From positions 1-38,539 of the IMG/VR virus record IMGVR_UViG_3300017747_002751: a stretch of DNA of 38,539 nucleotides; one strand, given 5' to 3'. Within the stretch, counting starts at the first letter, position 1. Each line of letters begins with the position of its first letter. The notes under the pieces were generated by a model, which saw only the letters and a program-made list of their open reading frames with translations, searched no databases and was not told the DNA's origin. Below, one piece after another: positions 32,583 to 38,539 of this stretch. Both the position numbers and the translations under genes were made by a program. This stretch comes from a virus (taxonomy: Duplodnaviria; Caudoviricetes).

Positions 32583-33402
32583 CAGCAAGCAACAGACTAC
32601 CCAGACCACGAATTCCGCGCCTTGGTCGGCTTCACAGCCGTATTTGGCCGACACGATGAGGTCTGCCGCTAACCTTGTCGGGAATGGCGTTGGTGCTGGC
32701 GTCTACACGGGTAGCACAGTAATCCCGTGGTCGCAAAGCACCATGACCGGCAAGAATGCCATGGAAGGCGGCGCGCTCGCAAACCTCAATGGCAACGGCC
32801 TGTCAGGTCAAGCACAGGGCATTATCGACAGCGGCGGCTTCACGACTGACCAGTCCGGTGTTATGGATCGTTTGCGCCAGACCGCGACAGGATCTTTCAA
32901 TATCAACGAAGATCCCGGCTTCCAGCAGGTTCTTGACCAGACCAAGCAGGGTGTCAATGAAATGGCGTCAACGGCAGGCCGATATGGCGGCGGCGCTCAT
33001 CAAGGCGTCATTGTCGATAAGGTCGGTGATCTCGGCGCAAGGCAATACCAGAATTGGCAGTCACGGCGCGATGCGGCAGACCAGAACCTGTTCAGCATGG
33101 GGCAGCAGGGCCAATCGAACCTCGGCAGCGCATACGGCCTGTTGCAGCAGCCGGCCGAAACCATGATGAAGACTGGCGCGATGGACGAAGATCTTGCCAC
33201 ACGGCAGATGAACGACCAGCTTCGCATCTTCAACGAGCAGCAAAACAAGCCGTGGGAGCAGCTTTCCCGCGCTAACGCCATCTATTCCGGTATCGGCGGC
33301 ATGGGTGGCACGACGACGCAGGCGCAGCCGGGGCAAAATCCATGGCTCACGGCGGCGGGTTACGGCCTTAGCGCGGGCGGTCTCTTGGGCGGCTTCATGT
33401 AG
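32569..33402 (+). CDS. Ejection / DNA-transfer protein 1 (gp7-like position)
   Basis: Gly/Gln/Thr-rich, GGSSKQQTTQTT start, hydrophobic Gly-rich C-terminus. Confidence 0.7.
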   Translation: MPGGSSKQQTTQTTNSAPWSASQPYLADTMRSAANLVGNGVGAGVYTGSTVIPWSQSTMTGKNAMEGGALANLNGNGLSGQAQGIIDSGGFTTDQSGVMDRLRQTATGSFNINEDPGFQQVLDQTKQGVNEMASTAGRYGGGAHQGVIVDKVGDLGARQYQNWQSRRDAADQNLFSMGQQGQSNLGSAYGLLQQPAETMMKTGAMDEDLATRQMNDQLRIFNEQQNKPWEQLSRANAIYSGIGGMGGTTTQAQPGQNPWLTAAGYGLSAGGLLGGFM

Positions 33403-33937
33403 TCCTTCCATGGTTCTCGTGATAGCCGTTTCTTTCCTCAGCTAGCTTGCGGACGGAGACGGCCTCATCGAAATCAGAGAAAAGTCCAAGATGGACGTTT
33501 TTGCCAAGTTCTCGGATGTAAGGTTGCCATTTCTGGGAAGCCTTATTCCAGCAAACTCCTCTAAACCCGCTAGAGTTTATCGTCGGAGTTTTCTTGTTTT
33601 TCATGTTTTCGGCAACGGTTACATCACGAAGGTTAGATATCCTATTATCTGATCGAACCCCGTTAATGTGGTCTATCGTATTCTTCGGCCAATCCATGTA
33701 GTGCATCATCCATGCAACTCTATGAGCTAGTAAGTGCCGGCTCATTACGGCTCCCTTGAGGTACCCTTCTTTGTTTATCGTTGCCAGAGCCTCCCTCCCC
33801 GCGAACCTTGAGTTCCATCGCAACGCCTCTCTTTCTGATGGGCACATTTCTACGGGTCTGACTAGCCAAAGAAGCCTACCTGTCTCTGGTTCATACTTGA
33901 GAAGTTTGGAGATTTCTGCGAATGTTAATTCAGCCAT
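33395..33937 (-). CDS. Free-standing HNH-AP2 homing endonuclease
   Basis: LKYEPETG; AHRVAW...IDHINGVRSDNRISNLR (HNH_3); NSSGFRGVCW...HLGLF...AVSVRK.AE (AP2); ATG 33937 with SD GGAGG. Confidence 0.92.
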   Translation of the reverse strand: MAELTFAEISKLLKYEPETGRLLWLVRPVEMCPSEREALRWNSRFAGREALATINKEGYLKGAVMSRHLLAHRVAWMMHYMDWPKNTIDHINGVRSDNRISNLRDVTVAENMKNKKTPTINSSGFRGVCWNKASQKWQPYIRELGKNVHLGLFSDFDEAVSVRKLAEERNGYHENHGRTT

Positions 33938-33967
33938 TTTGACACCTCCTAAGTGTTGGTTTGGCAA

Positions 33968-34033
33968 GAGCGAGCCAAGATGGTACAAACATCTGGCTCG
34001 CTCGAATGTAGCACTTGCGCCGCATCGATCCAA
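33968..34033 (-). promoter_or_regulatory. HNH promoter and upstream hairpin
   Basis: TTGGAT-N17-TACATT (34033-34005); 14-bp inverted repeat at 33968-34003. Confidence 0.55.
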
Positions 34034-34083
34034 GGAGGTCTTTAGATGAAATTCAACTTTGGTTCCTGTGGGGGAAAACGATA

Positions 34084-35052
34084 ATGGCACCATGGCAAGA
34101 CTTCCTTCGCAACAATTCTCAGGCCATGACGCAGACGGGACTTGGTCTCTTGAGCGGAAAGACTGGCCCAGAGCAAGCCGCTATGGGCGCTCAAGGCCTC
34201 ATGCAGGCACAGCAACAGAACAAGACGCTGAAGTTTCTTGAACAGCAGAACCCGGAATTGGCGCAGGCCGTCAAGGCTGGTGGCATCTCTGCACAAGACG
34301 CTGTCGGCATGATGTGGAAGCAGAAGCTTGAGGCTCAAAAGCCGAAGACCTATGATTTCCAAGTTCTGCCTGATGGCACATACGGCACCTTTGACCAAGA
34401 GGCAGGCCAGTTCAGTCCGCTCGGCCAAGCTCCACGCGAGACGAAGCAGGACGATTACACCATTCGCCAGCAGCAAGCGCAGCAGCTTGGCATGGGGCCG
34501 GATGATCCGCGCTATCAGAATTTTGTCTTAACCGGCAAGATGCCGCGTGAGGATACACAGGCTTTGACGGCGACAGACAAGAAGGCGCTCTGGTCGGCAG
34601 AAGACGAAATTCCAATGCTGGATAACACGCTGGCATCGCTCAAGCAGGCTAGAGACCTCAACCGGAAAACATATTCTGGGACGGGCGCAGGCCTTCTTGG
34701 GACCATCGGGACGAATGTTCCTGGCGCTGGTATGGTGCTTGACCGTGAGAAGGCCGTGGCAACGTCGGAGTTTAACAAACTGATGTCCATGGAGGCCATC
34801 CAGTCGATGGCGCAAAGCCTCAAGGGAGCTACCACGGACGCCGAACTGGCGCGGTTCGTTGATATCCTTGCGGACCCATCAACAGACCCAGATATCCGGG
34901 AGCGCACGATTGACCGCATGGTTTCGCTTGCGGAGCGGGTCAAAGAGGTGAAGGCATCCCGCATCAACGAATTGCGCGGCCTTTCCACGCCTGCCGGTTC
35001 GATGAAGGGTAACCGCACGACTAGCGGCGTCAACTGGAGCGTGGAGCCTTAA
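34084..35052 (+). CDS. Ejection / DNA-transfer protein 2 (gp20-like position)
   Basis: 322 aa, Gln/Ala-rich and helical; LKGATTDAEL motif. Confidence 0.7.
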   Translation: MAPWQDFLRNNSQAMTQTGLGLLSGKTGPEQAAMGAQGLMQAQQQNKTLKFLEQQNPELAQAVKAGGISAQDAVGMMWKQKLEAQKPKTYDFQVLPDGTYGTFDQEAGQFSPLGQAPRETKQDDYTIRQQQAQQLGMGPDDPRYQNFVLTGKMPREDTQALTATDKKALWSAEDEIPMLDNTLASLKQARDLNRKTYSGTGAGLLGTIGTNVPGAGMVLDREKAVATSEFNKLMSMEAIQSMAQSLKGATTDAELARFVDILADPSTDPDIRERTIDRMVSLAERVKEVKASRINELRGLSTPAGSMKGNRTTSGVNWSVEP

Positions 35053-37113
35053 ATGCCGACACTCAACATTGAGGGGCGAAAGGTCAAGGTGGACGACGCC
35101 TTCCTTTCCATGTCTCCCGAAGAGCAGAACAAGACCGTTGAAGAGATCGCTGCCAGCCTTGGTCAACAGCCGGCGTCGGAAGCCGAAGCGCCTGCGGAAG
35201 CAAAGCCAGTCGAGCAACCGGGAAATGATGGCTTATCCATGGCCCGCACGGCGTCTGGTGGCTTGATCGAAGGCATCCCCGTTCTTGGCCCTCTTATCCG
35301 TCGAGGAACGGAGATGGCAGCGGCTGGAACGCTTGCTGCTCTCGACCCTGAGGCGGACTATGCCGAGTATATGCGGCGCGTCGATAAGGCGAACGCCGAA
35401 GAAAAGTCGGTAAACCCCGTCCTTGACGTTGGGTCGCAGATCGCAGGCGGCATTGCTGCAACGGCTCCGGTGGCGGCTACTGCTCTTGGCGCACGCGCTC
35501 TTGGCATGACAGGTCCGTCACTCATGGGCCGCGCCGGTATGGCTGCTGCGTCCGGTGGCGCATTGTCGGCCGCTGACACTGCAGCACGTGGCGGAAGCCC
35601 GACAGAGGCGCTAGGTAGCGGGGCTATTGGCGCTGGCATCGGTGGGGCTATCCCTATCGTAGGCGCTGGCCTGTCCGCTGTAGGCCGCGCCGTTGGTGAA
35701 AAGGCCGCACCATTGATCGGCGCGCTTCGCACTCCAGACAAGGAAGCGGCGCGGCGCGTTGGTGTTGCGCTGCAGCGTGATTTTTCGGCCGGCGCTTCTG
35801 GAATGCTTTCGAAGGCTGATGAAGCTGTTGCCGCTGCGAACAATATCCCGGTCCTCAACGTTGACCGTGGCGGCGAAACAACCCGCGCGCTTGCCCGGTC
35901 GGTTGCAAACCAGTCTCCAGAAGCTCGCCAGACGATTGAAAATGTCGCATCTGATCGCTTCGCCACGCAGGGGAACCGCGCCGTTGATTTTGTCAAAGGC
36001 CTTGTGGGTGGCCGTGCTGATGATCTCGCCTATCAAGAGACGCTGAAGAAGAATGCGCGCCTCCAGAACCGGCCCGCTTACAACGCTGCATTCAAATCTC
36101 CGCAGGCTGCGCAAGTCTACACGCCTCGCATCCAGGAGCTTATGCAGTCTCCATCGTTTCGGCAGGCCGTTGACGCTGTCCCGCGTCGCTCGGCAGACCG
36201 TGGCGCTGTCGAAGGCTTCAAGCAGATCGGCAACCCCTTCACACAGAACAGTCAAGGCGCTTACGTGCTGACCAAGACGGCAGATGGCACGATTGTTACG
36301 CCTTCGCTGGAGTTCTGGAACCAAGTCAAGATCAATCTGGATGACCGTATAAGCACGGCTCGCAGGGCTGGAAAGAACGCTCTCGCTGCTGACATGACCG
36401 CGTTAAAGACTGCACTCACGGATGAGCTTGACTTCATTGTGCCATCATACAAGACGGCACGCGCCGGGGCTGCTGCATTCTTCGGGGCTGAAGATGCTAT
36501 AGAGGCAGGCCGTAAGTTCGCCGGGACACCTCGCGCTGTTCCTGAGGCCGCGCGCGCATTCAAGACATTCAAGCCAGCAGAAAAGGAAGCTTTCGCGACT
36601 GGCTACGCCTCGGAGCTTGTGGACCGCATCAAAGCGGCGGGCGATAGAACAAACGTCATCAATTCCATTTTCAAGAACCAAGCCGCACGCGAAAGCATGG
36701 AGCTTGTCTTTGGCCCTCAGAAGCTCAAGGAGATTGAAGCTTACGTGCGCGTTGAGGATCTGGTTGACAGAATTCGCGGCTCCCTCGGCAACTCCACCAC
36801 GGCGCGGCAGCTTGTAGAACTTGGCCTAGGCGCGGGTGGTGGGGCTTATCTCACTGGTGATTGGCAGGGAGCTACAGCGGGCGCCCTTGTCGCTGGAGGC
36901 GGGCGCTACATTGGCCAGCGTGCGGATGCAAAGGTCATGGAGCAAATGGCCAAGATCCTCACAAGCCCAAATCGCGGGGCGCTCACTCTTGCCGTGAAGC
37001 AGGCAGCGGCGCGTCCTGAATACATGATCGCTCTAGAAAAGCTTGGCGCGGCTCTCGCTCTTCCTGCAAGGGCTGCGGGCATGTCGGCAGGTCAAGGGAT
37101 GATGGCTCAGTAA
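35053..37113 (+). CDS. Ejection / DNA-transfer protein 3 (gp16-like position)
   Basis: 686 aa, Ala/Gly-rich with glycine-zipper membrane-insertion-like segments. Confidence 0.75.
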   Translation: MPTLNIEGRKVKVDDAFLSMSPEEQNKTVEEIAASLGQQPASEAEAPAEAKPVEQPGNDGLSMARTASGGLIEGIPVLGPLIRRGTEMAAAGTLAALDPEADYAEYMRRVDKANAEEKSVNPVLDVGSQIAGGIAATAPVAATALGARALGMTGPSLMGRAGMAAASGGALSAADTAARGGSPTEALGSGAIGAGIGGAIPIVGAGLSAVGRAVGEKAAPLIGALRTPDKEAARRVGVALQRDFSAGASGMLSKADEAVAAANNIPVLNVDRGGETTRALARSVANQSPEARQTIENVASDRFATQGNRAVDFVKGLVGGRADDLAYQETLKKNARLQNRPAYNAAFKSPQAAQVYTPRIQELMQSPSFRQAVDAVPRRSADRGAVEGFKQIGNPFTQNSQGAYVLTKTADGTIVTPSLEFWNQVKINLDDRISTARRAGKNALAADMTALKTALTDELDFIVPSYKTARAGAAAFFGAEDAIEAGRKFAGTPRAVPEAARAFKTFKPAEKEAFATGYASELVDRIKAAGDRTNVINSIFKNQAARESMELVFGPQKLKEIEAYVRVEDLVDRIRGSLGNSTTARQLVELGLGAGGGAYLTGDWQGATAGALVAGGGRYIGQRADAKVMEQMAKILTSPNRGALTLAVKQAAARPEYMIALEKLGAALALPARAAGMSAGQGMMAQ

Positions 37114-37250
37114 AAAAAACCACCACCTGACAGGATGAATTCGCCAACCTGTAATGAGTAGTTCGATTTGAGATAAATCCCGACTGGAATTAGGATCGAA
37201 GCGGACAGGAAGTAGCAGAAAAGCGTCACTTTATCGACCAAGACAATCAT
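37107..37250 (-). CDS. Small membrane protein moron (possible superinfection exclusion)
   Basis: Hand-translated as MIVLVDKVTLFCYFLSASILIPVGIYLKSNYSLQVGEFILSGGGFFY; frame open from 37271; own promoter TTTAAA-N17-TATGTT (37300-37272); AT-rich. Confidence 0.55.
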   Translation of the reverse strand: MIVLVDKVTLFCYFLSASILIPVGIYLKSNYSLQVGEFILSGGGFFY

Positions 37251-37299
37251 CCTCTTGTCTGTTAATGTCATAACATAACACACGTCTCCGGGGCTTTAA

Positions 37300-38539
37300 A
37301 TGGCGACCACGAAACAGCAGAAGTTCTACTCAGAAACGTACGCAGGTGCGCGTGAACGTGGACTTTCCGACGTGCAGGCTAGGCTTGCGGCTGCGCAGGC
37401 GGCGCTTGAGACTGGCTATGGCCGATCTGTTCCCGGTGGCAACCTCTTTGGTATCAAGGCCGGTGCATCGTGGTCCGGCCCTTCCACAGCCCAACGCACA
37501 TGGGAAGACACAAACGAAGGCCCGGTATCGATTGTGGATAAGTTCCGCAGTTATGCCAATCCCTTCGACAGCATCGGGGATTGGGCTAGCACTGTCGGCC
37601 GTCGCTGGGGTGGCGCGATGGAAGCGCAGGACTTCCCAAGCGCGGCGAATGCCCTGAACGCTGGCCAGCCTGGAGGCTACGCGACGGATCGCGCCTACAA
37701 CAGCAAGCTCGGCTATATCGATCGCAACTTTTCAGACGCAGCCGTGCAGGACTATGGCTTACTTGGCCGTGAGGTTCCTACGCCTCAGGCAGCGCCGCGC
37801 GGTATCCTCGACGCTATCGGCAGGCCAGAAGCACAGGCCGTCAACATGGCTGTTCGAGAGCCAACCTATTCGAACATGGCCGCAAGCGTGCAACGTGGGC
37901 CGACGCTATCGGAGCCAAAAGCCTTTGACAGTGCACGCTTCGGAGACGCGCCAGCAACCGAGAATTTCGATAGCACCCGCTTTGGCACGGCAACCACGCC
38001 TAATGATGTTGCTGGCCTTCGTGACGCAATGCAGCGCCAGCAGGCCGAACTATCGCAGCAGGGCGGCATTCTAGGGGTTGCCAACGCAGCTAGTCAGACG
38101 CCGTCCATGTCTTCGCTCGCCGAGCAATACGGACAGTATGGCATGGGCCAATCCGCCATGCAGTCGGCGCTTGCAAACAAAAACCTCGCGATGGACATTG
38201 CCGACACGCGCAAGAAACAGGGCTTGGCCCCTCTTGACCCTCCCGGCTATGTGGACCCGCAAGTGACCACGGCACAGCCAACGCCAGAGGTTTACACACC
38301 CGTTGCCAATCCATCGCCAGTCAGTACGGCAGCGCCACGTCAGGCAGGCTTGCTTTCGCCCGCAGCAGCACCGTCAATGACGCAGGCCGATGCTCTGCGC
38401 ATGGAGAGAGCGCTTTCAACCCGTGGCCTTCTGGGCGGCATCCTTGGCGGCGTGGTAGGCGGCGGATTGCTTGGTCCTCTTGGCGCTATGGCTGGTGGCT
38501 ACGTCGGCAAGCAGACAGGCCTCAAGAGCTACTATCCAG
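37300..38539 (+). CDS. Virion / ejection protein with N-terminal GH73 (FlgJ-like) peptidoglycan hydrolase; continues to base 251 (~455 aa)
   Basis: Hand-translated: AQAALETGYG, NLFGIKA, FRSY and GGYATDRAYNSKL are GH73 motifs. Missed by the ORF track because it runs off the window end. Confidence 0.88.
   Translation, partial: MATTKQQKFYSETYAGARERGLSDVQARLAAAQAALETGYGRSVPGGNLFGIKAGASWSGPSTAQRTWEDTNEGPVSIVDKFRSYANPFDSIGDWASTVGRRWGGAMEAQDFPSAANALNAGQPGGYATDRAYNSKLGYIDRNFSDAAVQDYGLLGREVPTPQAAPRGILDAIGRPEAQAVNMAVREPTYSNMAASVQRGPTLSEPKAFDSARFGDAPATENFDSTRFGTATTPNDVAGLRDAMQRQQAELSQQGGILGVANAASQTPSMSSLAEQYGQYGMGQSAMQSALANKNLAMDIADTRKKQGLAPLDPPGYVDPQVTTAQPTPEVYTPVANPSPVSTAAPRQAGLLSPAAAPSMTQADALRMERALSTRGLLGGILGGVVGGGLLGPLGAMAGGYVGKQTGLKSYYP
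38417..38539. repeat. Terminal direct repeat, right copy
   Basis: Identical to bases 1-123. Confidence 0.97.

Noticed and set aside
35358-36324. Long minus-strand ORFs (212 and 237 aa) inside the 686-aa ejection gene
   Set aside because: GC-rich antisense shadows without protein-like features.
1-38539. CRISPR array, integrase, reverse transcriptase / DGR, IS element, rRNA
   Set aside because: No repeat-spacer array or diagnostic motifs seen anywhere in the window.

Overview
This window is an apparently complete, circularly permuted ~38.4 kb tailed-phage genome; bases 1-123 are repeated exactly at 38417-38539. Gene order points to a P22-like podovirus. The protein families and sigma70-type promoters suggest an alphaproteobacterial (Rhizobiaceae-like) host, which is inference. 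Late module (+ strand, ~22.3 kb through the junction to ~5.5 kb): terS, terL (broken by one extra base in its Walker A motif), portal, scaffold, coat, a small Thr/Ala-rich protein, a glycosyltransferase + SAM-methyltransferase pair, adaptor and hub, a GNAT-like protein, four ejection-type proteins (the last with a GH73 muramidase domain, spanning the junction), tail fibre genes and a GH108 endolysin/holin/spanin cassette. Early left arm (- strand, 14.5 to 5.6 kb): Rad52/Sak-like annealase, SSB, NinB-like protein, HNH, 2OG-Fe(II) oxygenase, an RHH regulator and many small ORFs. Early/middle right arm (+ strand, 15.0-22.3 kb): Cro-like HTH, a PD-(D/E)xK nuclease, a stand-alone replisome-organiser C-terminal domain, a DnaA domain-IV protein and a C5 cytosine methyltransferase whose motif IX appears to be encoded in an overlapping frame. 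I recognise no integrase, CI repressor, partition system, helicase, primase or polymerase. The most notable items are (1) a ~440 nt structured non-coding leader with a counter-transcribed ~72 nt RNA (ctRNA / ColE1 RNA I-RNA II-like layout), (2) two tandem promoter + cloverleaf ncRNA cassettes at 20.0-20.3 kb, (3) the glycosyl-/methyltransferase pair inside the head operon (possible virion glycosylation) and (4) the two-frame methyltransferase. All functional calls come from motif recognition by eye; no database search was run.
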